From assembly GCA_964188305.1 (NCBI GenBank), contig OZ076898.1: 64,000 bases of DNA; one strand, 5' to 3'. The DNA comes from Podarcis bocagei. Taxonomy: Eukaryota. Below are positions 23,901 through 35,002 of this stretch, piece after piece. Made by a program: the position numbers and the translations under genes. Below the pieces are notes generated by a model. The model searched no databases and was not told the DNA's origin. It saw only the letters and a program-made list of their open reading frames with translations. How positions within the stretch are numbered: the first letter of the stretch is position 1; every line of letters starts with the position of its first letter.

Positions 23901-26900
23901 ATAGAGGTCACTCCTCGAGGGGACTCTGACACCGCTGAATTCTCCTTGAAGAATGTCACCATGGCTGATGCAGGCCGATACACCTGTTATTACCACAGCA
24001 CCATAGAGCCCATCATCTGGTCAAACGCCAGTGACCCAGTGCAGCTGAAAGTTATTGGTGAGGAAACCTTTTGCTATCTTGGGGGCAGAATTTCCAACTT
24101 TCTTTTTCTGTGCCTTCAGCAGACATATGGTAAGCAGAAATTAAATTGGCTGGGTTTTTCTTTCTTTTTCTGGCATGGGAAAAACCAGAACTCATTGAAC
24201 TTGTGCTTGTTGTGGAGCTGCTAAAGGATCCCTGCCAGAAAAAAAAGAGAGAGAGAGAACCTTGTTAGGTGGAGGAGTGGTTTTAGGGATGGGACTTGCT
24301 GGTTTGGGAGTGAAATATACAGTGGTACCTCAGGTTAAGTACTTAATTCGTTCCGGAGGTCCATATTTAACCTGAAACTGTTCTTAACCTGAAGCACCAC
24401 TTTAGCTAATGGGGCCTCCTGCTGCTGCCGCGCTTCCAGAGCCCGATTTCTGTTCTCATCCTGAAGCAAAGTTCTTAACCTGAAGCACTATTTCTGGGTT
24501 AGTGGAGTCTGTAACGTGAAGCGTATGTAACCTGAAGCGTATGTAACCTGAGGTACCACTGTACTTTGAGTCAAGTGTGGATTTCATGCTCTTTATTCAG
24601 CTCATAGTAGTGAGGGATGCCAGTTCCCCCAAAATGTCTGCTTTATATACATTATTTACACAATGGGCCCCTTGTGATTGGCTAATTCCGGGATTCTTCT
24701 GTAGGCCAATCAGGTTGTGGATTCACTCCCACCTGGAGCTGGATTGGGTGGCTCCTGCGGACCAGTCAGACTGCTGCATTTTGGATCCTGTTCAACTCAG
24801 TACATAACAGGAGACAGCAGAAGTTGAGAGGAAGGGAACTGAACTGATGCAGATATGGGCCATCATCCTTTCTGGATTGAGATTTAAGCAATATATTCAC
24901 AGTCAGAAAGCCAGTGTGATGTGTTGGATAGAGTGGCAGATTGGGAACAAGAATGCCCGGATTGAAATCCCCACTCAGCCATGATGCTCACTGATAATAA
25001 GGCCACCCACTTTGTCACAGTCTAATTTACCTCACGAGGGCGCCATGGGAATAAAAGGGAGTACAATGTGCATCAGCCTGAACTCCTTGGAGGAAGGGCA
25101 ACATTGGGCTAGCTAGACACCTCTCTTCAGGCATTATAACTGACAGTTAAGTAAATTAAGACATGAGTGTGGGGTACCAGGGATGAGTACAATGGTTCAA
25201 CCTCCACACACACCCATTACTGTCCCTGTTGCCCTCCAACTAATGGAGAGTGCACCTCTGAAGCAGAAAGCCACCCCCTCCCATGGAAGTTCCTCATGTG
25301 CTTTAGGACATTACAGAAAGTTCCTCCCCACCTTATATCATAATAATAACTTATTATTTATACCCCGCTCATCTGGCTGGGTTTCCCCAGCCACTCTGGG
25401 TGGCTCCCAACAGAATATTAAAAACGCAATAAACCATCAAACCTTAAAAACCTTCCTAAACAGGGCTGTCTTCAGGTGTCTTCTAAAAGTCAGATAGTTG
25501 TTTATTTCCTTGACATCTGATGGGAGGGCGTTCCACAGGGCAGGTGCCACTACCGAGAAGGTCCTCCACCTGGTTCCCTGCAACTTCACTTCTCGCAGTG
25601 AGGGAACCGCTAGAAGGCCCTCGAAGCTGGACCTCAGTGTCCGGGCTGAACGATGGGGGTGGAGATGCTCCTTCAGGTATATTGGGCCAAGGCCGTTTAA
25701 GGCTTTAGGGCATCTAGTGCATCTTCTACAAGTTGGAGAGTGACAAGAAATGCAGCCTGGGAGTTGAGCTAGCTTCAGTCGTCCTCAGTGCTCCCCCAGC
25801 TTGCATAACTCCTAATTATAATGCCAGCAGAGGACTTCTCATCTTTCTATCTGCAAATATTTCCCCAATTTCCCACAATCAAGGCACAGGAAGAGTTTCA
25901 GCATTAAAACTCATAGACTTGTTACTTTTTACATAGTTTGGAAATAGAAAACTCCAGAGAATTCCAGTAATCAAGAAAATAGGTCTTGCAAAAGCATTTC
26001 TTGACAAAAGCTACAGTCACCTCATTTGTCCACTGACATTCCAGGACTCCCAAGCCCGAAAAGCAGATGACAGCTAAAAATAAATTATGAGTTGTATTCA
26101 GCTAACTTTTACTCAGGATAGGCAACTGAAAGCAATGGAACTTAGGATGGTCATTAATTTTAATGGGCCTTTGTTGAGTAAAAGGCAGTTGAATGTAGCC
26201 CTATAACCCAAAGTGAAACATTAATAACTGTACTCAGATTTTACTAAAATGTCTGAACTATCCTGATCCTACAATGGAGATTTTGTGCATTTACACTTTT
26301 TGTATCATTTAGTGTTGAGCTCCCAATTTTGCACAAAGTGCCAAAGGTTGCGGGGGAGGGAAGGATAGGTTAGGGAAAGACTGGACTGGTCACATTTTAA
26401 TCATGCCCACTTTTTTCTTTAAAGAATTGCAATTTATTTTGCTTACGCATTCCTTGCTCTTCCATTTATCTGTTGCATCCTGGGGCATTCTGAGAGTCCT
26501 GATTGATTCTCAGCCATCAACCTTGAATTATGGGAAATTCCCATAATCTTTGCGGTGGCTGTAAAGTACTAATCTTCTACTTAGAATATGTATCTATGGC
26601 CACAAGGATTACAAATGTGTTTTTAAAAAAGAAAAAGAAAGAAAGCCAGTTCAACACTGAGCTATATCTTTTTGCTTTCACACTTCTCCTCTTCCAGATG
26701 CAACTGTGGTCCCCAATTACCTGGAGGTGTTGGTGGACTCTGCGGGAAGATATCGAGTGAATTGCTCAGTCCCTTCTGCTGCTCAGGGCTGGTTTTATCT
26801 TTACCAAGGCGGGCAGCTCTTTGCTGAAACCAGAGCTTGGCAAGATGGGGCGATTGCAAGCTTCAACCTCACAGAAGAGGCCATTAACATCACCATAGGA

Positions 26901-28281
26901 GAGCTGAGCTGCCAATATAAGGAATATCAGCTCAATGACACTGAAGCGTGGACAGAAGGTGAGTCCAGGGGGGGATGGGAGAAGTGTACTCTAGCAGAGA
27001 GCTAGCCTGTGTACCTTTGAAGCACATTCCACACACATTCTGCCCCCAAAGAATTCTGGGCACTGTAGTTTGCTGGGAATTGTAACCCTGCAAGGGATAA
27101 ACAACAGTGCCCAGAATTCTTTGAGGGAAATAAAAGTGGTTTGAATGTGTATAGCGCACAGCCTTAGGTGATGATGATAATTGTACCATTCATGGTGCTT
27201 TACAGAGTAAAAGAGGGTAAGTCCCTGGTCCCAAGGAGCTTCCAATCTAAAAATGGATTTGAATATGGAAGTATGGAAGGTATTGTGAGGTTGAGTGGAT
27301 GCCCACAAAATGAATGACTAGCTGGAGAATCAAACACAACCATATTCCCACAGAAAATAACTTGGATGGGTGTGGGGTGGGTGGGACGGAGAACACATAC
27401 TTCTGTTTCTGCAGTCCTATGTAGCAGCAAAACAAGGTTTGCCACTCTGTCCTTTGGTGCTACCCACAGCTGGTCATTGGTATGCAAGCTGATTGATAGG
27501 TCATGCTGCATGTCTTCTTTAACGTTGCTATTTTCCCTGCATGGAAAATTCTGTAGGAAAAAGCAACATACAGCTGTATGCAAATTTTCATCTGTGGCAA
27601 TCACACGGGCATGTATGTGGTTGAAAGGCTTACAGGGGATGCACAGTAAGAAGCCGCCATTAGTTGCTGCTTTTCCATAAAGGAACACAGCACCAGAATA
27701 ATTTCATGTGATGTTTCACATCTAGACGTCACGCCACTTCTCTTCCCCCGCCCCCCTTCACTCGACAAGTGCTTTCCACGTATGTAAAGGATTGCTGTGC
27801 GATGGTTCTGGTGGTGTCATTGTCGCCACTGGAATGTTGCCCTTTTCAGATTATATTAGCACAGATGATTCAGGCTGCGGTGATAAGCACACTTAGCTGG
27901 GAGAAGCCCCTTTGAACAGGATGGCATTGCCAGTTAATGGCTGCCAAGGAAACCAAGCACAGGCAAGTGGATTCAAGGCGGCTCCCGTAGTGCTAATGCC
28001 CCATTCATTTGCTGCCTGCTCAGGGGCAAATTCATCTTCATGGGGACAGTTCTCAGGCTGCGTAGTGATTGATGAAAGAAGAAAGCCTGCTGTATACCGA
28101 AAACTATTTTTACATTGATACGCATTTTCTGATTTCTCCAGACTCACATTCCCAGGCCATGGATTTCACCGCAGCCAACTCACTGCGACTTGGGATCGGG
28201 GCCTGCATCCTCTTATTAGCCCTATTCTTCATAGCTGAAGCATGGTGGAGTGAGAAGCATCAGGAGAACTGGGCCAAATGA
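20936..28281 (+). CDS. OSCAR-like leukocyte-receptor-complex Ig receptor with three Ig domains and an activating (Arg-containing) TM segment
   Basis: Leader exon 20936-20972 (MPVTLSFLLLTI), possible 36-nt mini-exon 21098-21133, Ig exons 21287-21571 (LPKPSIFW...C...C), 23770-24057 (HYPKPSISASP...DAGRYTCYY...WSNASDPVQL) and 26698-26958, TM/tail exon 28142-28281 (DFTAANSLRLGIGACILLLALFFIAEAW). All junctions phase 1, GT-AG. Head-to-head with NDUFA3 as OSCAR is in mammals. AATAAA at 29022. Confidence 0.9.
21877..22156. mobile_element. hAT-type MITE (TAGGGTTGCCA-like ends)
   Basis: TAGGCTTGCCATAT ... ATATAGCAACCCTA; TSD degenerate. Confidence 0.55.
22940..23575. mobile_element. Tc1/mariner (Tigger-like) non-autonomous element
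   Basis: TIRs TAGTGGTACCTTGGTTCTCAAAC / GTTTGGGAACCAAGGTACCACTG, TA flanks. Confidence 0.85.
24311..24809 (-). mobile_element. Solo LTR (Gypsy-like) interrupted by a MITE
   Basis: Minus strand starts TGTTATGTA and ends TATTTCA; CCAAT/ATTGG boxes, TATATAAA and AATAAA in order; 4-bp TSD GGAG (24307-24310, 24810-24813). Confidence 0.75.
24320..24561. mobile_element. Tc1/mariner (Tigger-like) MITE nested in the solo LTR
   Basis: Perfect TIRs CAGTGGTACCTCAGGTTA / TAACCTGAGGTACCACTG with TA duplication. Confidence 0.9.
24908..25098 (+). mobile_element. Degenerate tRNA-derived SINE (Squam3-like)
   Basis: Similar to the copies at 44058 and 60318 (A/B boxes, CCCCACTCAGCCATGA, CTCCTTGGAGGAA). Confidence 0.6.
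25341..25708 (-). mobile_element. L2 LINE 3' end
   Basis: Reverse complement of the element at 62590-62890; encodes RTFSVVAPALWNALP; (TAA)n tail. Confidence 0.8.
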
Positions 28282-30654
28282 AGGGATCCTGGATCAGCAG
28301 GATCCCACTAAGCTGACCGAGTCTGGTTTGAAACCACAGGTTCCAGTGGCCTCTTTGGATGGGAAGGAACATAATGATGGATTGGGAACCACACACAGAG
28401 ATTGTCAGACTGCAGTCCTCAACCAATTTACCTCATAGTCAACACATCATGGCTCCTCTGAAACAGGAGCTTTGGCCTACAGGAATAAGGAACATGCAGG
28501 CCACCAGATGTTGTTGGACTCCATCTCCCATTAGCCCCAACCAGTATGGCCATTGGTCAGGAATGATGGGAGCCGTAGCCTGGCAACATCTGGAAGGCCA
28601 CAAGTCCCCTACCCCTTGCTGAACCTGAGGCAGAACTCGGAACCAGTTTTGACCAGCATAATTCAGTCCTAGATCATGTCCAGTAATTATCAAGAAGAAT
28701 TTGCTCGTGGGCATGCACAGAATGCCTTTGCCTCACCAGTGAGTAACCACAATCTCGGCCTTCACACAACTGATTTCCAGAGTGACATAGACACTAGCAC
28801 CTCAGGCCAGTGAGAGGAGCGGAAATTCTTATTTGTTTAAGTGTTTTCATCATGAAGTGTGTTGCTTTCATGCATGATCCTGTAGTTATATACAGCTTCT
28901 GTTCTTTTGCATTTTTTTGCTGTAACTCTAGATGCTTTATTCATTTTCAATGTTGTTCAACTCCTGTTTTATAATGTTATGCCATCCAGTGCTCCAGAAT
29001 AGACAAAGGGCAGGATATAACAATAAATGATTAAATGAATATTAACTGATGGGAGGGACAGAATGAAATGTGTGTTCTTTGTTGTTCAGAACTGGTCCTT
29101 TGTCTCCTTTTGGAATGCTAGATAAACCACATACCACTATGTTGGCACAATATGAATTATGTGATCATTTTTTATCACGTTGTTAATAAGAACCATTTAG
29201 AAAAAAGGGAGCAACTCCAGAAGAGGAGAGTTCTCTGCCTGAAGGTGGGGGGGGGGGGCAGAACAAGAGAAGGGGCAGCTGCAGCATATTAAAAATGACT
29301 GCCTTCTCAGGTAAAATTCTGTTAGCCAGGTTTGCCTTTAATGTTTGAGGGGGCTGGTATAAATTGCTAGTTAGGGCACACTGGTGGATAGGAATACTGT
29401 AATGATTGGTTGAAATCACGACTGTGCAAGTGAGAGGAAGGAAAAATGCCTGTTCTGTCCTTTTAGATGCAAAATAATGGTGTGTCATGCCAACTTAGAC
29501 AATTGCCTGTTGGGCATTTGAGGGAGGAGGATGGATGATAAGAACTAAGAAATACATGCCTTAACAGCCAGCCTTGCTGTGAAGTAGCCTGCTTTGGCAC
29601 CATTGCGTGGGGAAGGGCACGACTGGTATTAAGGGTTTGTCATGGTAGGGCCGCTGCTGAGGGACCACGCTCCTGCAGGGAACCCACTGACAAAGCCTCA
29701 TGGAGTGGAGGTAGACTTAACTGAGTACGGGGCAGGGAGGGTCACCTGGAGGTGACCCGTAGTGGTATAAGGTGAAGGCAGGAATTAATATCTGAATTGT
29801 TCAGTGGGGTATTTTAAAAATAAATAAATGTAAGTGTTGGGCTTGGAGGCAGGGGCACTATTTGGACTCTGCGTCAGGCGGGATATTGAGCTGAAAGCTG
29901 TTTTAAGCATTACCTGCACCTCTGTGCCAGTTTGTGAGGTGGCACTTAAATTTGAAAGCCTCAGTTCTATTAAGCACACTTCAAAAACACTGCCTCCTCC
30001 TTCCTAAGCTCAAGTGTCCAGAACTCCCAAACATTTCTTCCAAAGGTTAGAATTGAACCATCTGAGAATTCCCCATCTATCCACAGGTCTTGTATGACCT
30101 ATTGCACCCTCTTCAATATTTCTCCTCCATAAAGGGGCAGAGACAGAAGAAACTTGCCTTAGATTTGCCTAGTCTGATTTCTTCTGAACTGGATTCTGAT
30201 TGCAACTCTTTTTTTAGGCAAGCCTATCCAATTTTATAGACTGTTGATAAGTGTTTAGTTTGTTTTCTGAATGTTTTAAATATTTCTTTTAACTGATTTT
30301 ACTGATAATTTTATTCTTTTTTTTCACCTGTGTGTGTCTACCATCAAGCAGTGTAGTTTCTTTTTCCAAACGGTATATAAGTTTTCTAACATATATAAAT
30401 AATTATGAAGTCCTTCTGGTATGTCCTGTAAAAATAAATATGTATTAACATACTAATGAAAAGAATGATATGACAGCACCAGTCGTACCTCTTTGGAAAG
30501 AGCGTTCTAAAGTTGGGATGTATGCATTGCAAACTTGTGATAGGGAAAGCATGCAGAGAAAAGGTCTTCAACCAAAAATATTAATGTATTAAAATGAATG
30601 ACAAGTGACTGGAACATCAATTGATAGTTATATTTGATAATAATTAATTGTACG

Positions 30655-31080
30655 CAACAGTAAAGGACTGGACGAGGTAACTTTTAGGTGGATTTGTAGC
30701 TGGTTGACTGACCAAACCCAAATAGTGCCCACTAATGGTTCCTAGTTATCCTGCAAAAAAAAAGGGACTAGTGAGGTGCCACAGGGTTCTATCCTGAGCC
30801 CATTGTTGTTCAGCCTCTTTATAAATGACTTTGATGAGCATCCCCTCAATTCCTTCATCCAATTTCCAGGTGACACCAAACCGGGAGGGGTAGCCAATGC
30901 CACTCAACATGGAATCAGGATTCAATATGACCTTAACAGATTGGAGAACTGGGCCAAAACAAACAAAATGAATTTCATTAGGGGCAAATGTAAGCTTCTA
31001 CACTTAGGCAGGAAAAACCAGCTGCACCAATATAAGATGTGGGACACCTGACTTGCCGGCAGTAGATGTGAAAAGGATCC
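30655..31080 (+). mobile_element. CR1 LINE RT fragment
   Basis: VPQGSILSPLLFSLFINDFD...FPGDTKPGG...IQYDLNRLENWAKTNKMNF...KCKLLHLGRKN, a degenerate form of the classic CR1 RT motifs. Confidence 0.88.
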
Positions 31081-31563
31081 TCTTTTTCCCCTGTAACAGC
31101 AGAGGGCTCAGCTGCTTCCTATCAAAGTAGCTATTGCTTGTTATGCAGGTAAAGTGCCCCCTCTATTGCAATGGGCTGAGGAGGTGAGGCTGTGGTTTTA
31201 AATAAGTTGTGATTAGGTCTGAGTATGGCCCTTTTTCAAGCTACACCCTTTTGGGTTAATTGACTCTTGCCACACCCATACAAATGCAGGTTTATTAAAG
31301 GGGCATCAGTAGTGAAGCGCATCCCCCCCCCCCCGCTTTAATTGTTCGTGGTTTTCTTCAGCTTGAAAATATTTTACTTTTCTTTGCTTTTAAGAAATAG
31401 ATTTGTCTGGCTTGGAGGAGAATGTGGGTGGGCTTTGTGCTCCCCCCACACCCGGTACCCTGACTTGCAAGGGTAGCTGAATTTTCTGGAAAAGTGTTGA
31501 GGGTTAGGCAAGCTTGGGGAGGGAGGTGAGAGGATGTTATGATCTGAGGCCCAGATTAGGACC

Positions 31564-34500
31564 ATGGAAAAACCGCTCCTGGAAGTTGTGGTGAGATCCA
31601 CGGAAGAAGACCTTTGTCAGAAACGCCCAGCGTCTGAGGAAGAACAACCTATTTATAAAAGACTACGGATGGATTCGCCAGTTCATCCAGTCGAGTCGGA
31701 GGCCTCTCTACCACCAGAGAAGAGTATGTGGAGCTATTCTAATTGTGGGGAAACTGTTTTTTTCCTTTAAATTTGATTTAAAGATGGGGGATGCAGCAGG
31801 AGTGTGATATGGGTGTTGCAAAGAAGGATTGTCTCCATGGAGGTGGTAACTCCTATTGATTAACGTGTATTCAAGATTACTTAACGTTAGGCCCCATCTG
31901 CGCTAAACATTTAAAACACTTTAAATAGGTTTCCAGCAATGACTCTTTGAGAACTGTAGTTTGTTAAGCGTGATGAGAGTTGTAAGGAGACACCCCCTTC
32001 TCCTTCTGAGCTACAATTCCCAGAGCTCCTTATAAAGGGGGATTGAATGCTTATTTATTATTTACTTTGTACATTTATTATCCCGCCTGTTAAACCACTT
32101 TGGCTTTGTTAAGCCACTCTGGGTTTAAAGCAACCTGCTACTGTGCAAATGGGGCCTTCGATTAGTTATTCATAACAGCAGCCTCTGGCTTAGGGGTCAA
32201 CATACAAAGGCCTTGGAGCCAAATCCGGCCCCTGAGCTGGGACACCTGCAGCTTCTCCGGAGGTAAGAGAAGTTGTGGGGAGATGGGTTTGCGTGGCGAT
32301 GTGTCTGTCGCTGATTTTGCTAGGTGAGGGCCCCAGTCCGCATTTGCTCCTCACGTAAAACTGGTTGTGCCCTTTTCTCATGCTATGTCCCCTTTTCTCA
32401 CGCTTCGGGTGGCTTGGATTAATCTAAAGAAGCGTGAGCGGAAGGTGAAAATGCATTTGTGCTCCTCCGGGAACAATTGTGCCAGAGTTAATGGAAGGGT
32501 ACTTAGGCTGTAGTGCCATAATGTATGGGGGGAAGCAGGGTTGCATTTTGGTATAAAGGAAACAGTGCATGAGGAAAACATAGGCCGTACTCTTTGTTTC
32601 CAGGTCCAGTTCAAGGGTGCTCACATGAATGTTGAAAGCCCTAAATGACTTAGGCCCCAACGACTGCTTCTTTCCCTACAACCCCCCCCCCCCAGGGGTG
32701 TTAAGATCAGCAGATGGGGCCCTCTTGGTAGTTCCACCTCCCTCAGAAGTTTGGGGTGGCTTTCAACATGGAAAAATAATAAAATCTTATTACTGAATAA
32801 TAATACTTTAATTAGTTTGGGGTGGTGGCTCAGGGAAGGGCAATCTCTGTGGCAGCCCCAAGTTGTTGAACTTCCTCCCCACAGAGGTGTGTCTGGCTTC
32901 TTCACAATTCAGCTCCTGGCAAATGCTGCAGACACACTTTTTTACCCTGGGCTTTGGCTCATGAGATGTGTGTTCCCAGGGTCCACCCTATTCCTGTAAT
33001 TTTAATCTGCTTTAACTGTTGTTTATTTTGAATTTTAAATACTGTAGTTGTCATTTGCCCTGGGATCTGCTGGTGAAGGGCGGGGAATAAATTTAGTAAC
33101 AATCATGATGTTTAATAACGAGCAAGATGTAGAAGGCCATAAAAAGGGTCTCGCTTGAGACTAAGCCTGTGTGCAGTTGGAGGAACTCATGGATTTGGTG
33201 TTGGTTTTCCTCATACAGCGGTTTTCTGCTAAGGAAGAAATAGGCCTTCTCTGACAGGAATAGGCTTTCTGCTAGTGGAAAGACACCTTTAGGATCCAAC
33301 TCAATGCATACATAATGTGAAAATAGGGATTCCAGACATTCTTGACTTTTTAATGTTTTGTATCCTAATGATTTGTAGCTTCTACTCCAGCCTGCCCCAC
33401 AGCGCCCCCTCCAGCCTGCTCCACAGCTCCGCCTTTGTCCACACACCAGGGCAAGAAACCTTCACGCAGGGCTGCTTATCATCCCTTTGATTTCACCTCA
33501 GACGAGCTGGACCCTGCCTATGAGTGGCCAAGGGAATCTTCTTCTGCAAGGCAAAGTAAGATGCATGGAGGAGCTGACTAGTAATGTTTGTATGCTCTTT
33601 GGAAGGGACCCTGGTATGTGAGCATGGAAAAATAGGAGGTCTAAAACGCGTGGGTTTTATTCTAGAATGGGAGAGATGGTGAAGGTAAGAAAAGGAGACT
33701 GGTCTGTTTGAGAAGGTGTGGCCTACTGCTACACATTCAAGGGAATGAAGTGGGGGAATGGACTGCATCAGATTACAGGAGGGTGGGGTTGGCTGTCCAC
33801 TTTTGCATACGTATCCTTTAAAAAACACCCACCCATCCCAGGAAATAGAACACATAGACTCTAGCTGTGTGCTACCTCAGCCCTTTCCTACTATGCTGAA
33901 TTTATCATCATGGAGAAAACATAGGGAAACTTTCAAAAATGTGATGATTTACTTGCAGTTTGAAGAGGTACACTTTGTCCTCCCTGTTCAGCACACTCGT
34001 TTATACCTCATTCTGCGTAGAGCAGGCTGGCCATACCTTCCCCACCTTCAGCAGGAAGGAAATCATCCAACTCTCTGAAGAATACCCTCATCCTAATGAA
34101 GCCTGTTTCAGTTTAATATCTGATTGGAGGTTCTGCAAATACTTCCTTAACTGGAGAGAGGCCTTCAGCAGTTGCAATGGGAACTGAAGCCTAATGAGGC
34201 TAAGGGAAAAGAAATATAATAAAAGTCAGGAGTCCTGTGACTTTGAGTTTGTAGTATAGTCGAGAAATAATCAAGAGGAATTTGGCATGAAGAGCACAAA
34301 AACTTGTGTGCAAGTAAAGCACTGGTTCCACACTTAGCACCCACTGACAAATGGGCTAGCTGTTCCAGGTAACTGAGATCCATTCCAAACAACACTAAAA
34401 AGTAGGGCTGTGGGGCCACTCTGTCCGAATTCTAGATCCTGAACCAAATTGGGCTGATTGAGGCAGCCCCTGGTTAGGTCCACCCAAAGTGATCTAGAGC

Positions 34501-35002
34501 TGTCCAAAGGGGTGGTAATCGGGTGGCAAGGAGCAGGATGGAGGAGAAGAAAGAAATGCAGGCAGCCTGTCTGTGTCTCTTCCCCTACCATTGGACCACC
34601 TATAAAATAGGGTTTAAAACCACAATTAAACAATATGCTAGGGCCCCAATTCGGGGCCCAGTTCCAGGTCAAGTCTACCCCAGGACATATCTCGAACACT
34701 GGATCAGGGGGAATGCCCAGTCCTACTTAAAAGCCTTTTCATCATCATCAAGGCCTCTTTGTATCTTTCAGGTAGTGTGGATGTGATCCCTCTCCTCCGA
34801 AGCACTCTGGGCCAGTTTCCTTTAGGTTTGCGTCTGGATAAGCTGGAGGCCCTGGTATGGAAGGAGCACAAGGTCAAGCTGTGGAAACTGTGCTTGGAGC
34901 GAGGCTACAGTGACAGCCTGAAGTTCTTGGAGGTGTTACCTGGGATCAGGCTCAAACACTCCGGCAAAGGGACTTTCCGGTGCCTTGTGCTGTTGGACAC
35001 AG
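31564..35002 (+). CDS. Uncharacterised multi-exon protein with bipartite NLS and LOTUS/OST-HTH-like domain (3' end unresolved)
   Basis: Kozak ACCATGG at 31564. Phase-1 GT-AG exons 31564-31723, 32179-32262, 33379-33555 and 34772-35002 splice into 217 open codons. The last exon reads VIPLLRSTLGQFPLGLRLDKLEALVWKEHKVKLWKLCLERGYSDSLKFLEVLPGIRL, which fits the LOTUS pattern by eye. Candidate downstream acceptors at about 36035, 36735, 37340 and 38323. Confidence 0.6.

Noticed and set aside
32604-32727. Extra exon of the LOTUS-like gene (good acceptor, weak donor, C12 run)
   Set aside because: Stops in all three frames before the homopolymer, so an indel in the run would not rescue it.
33960-34187. 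TLSSLFSTLVYT...RKEIIQL resembles an APOBEC4-like deaminase segment
   Set aside because: No HxE or PCxxC motifs nearby and no convincing donor; at most an unresolved exon starting at 34021.
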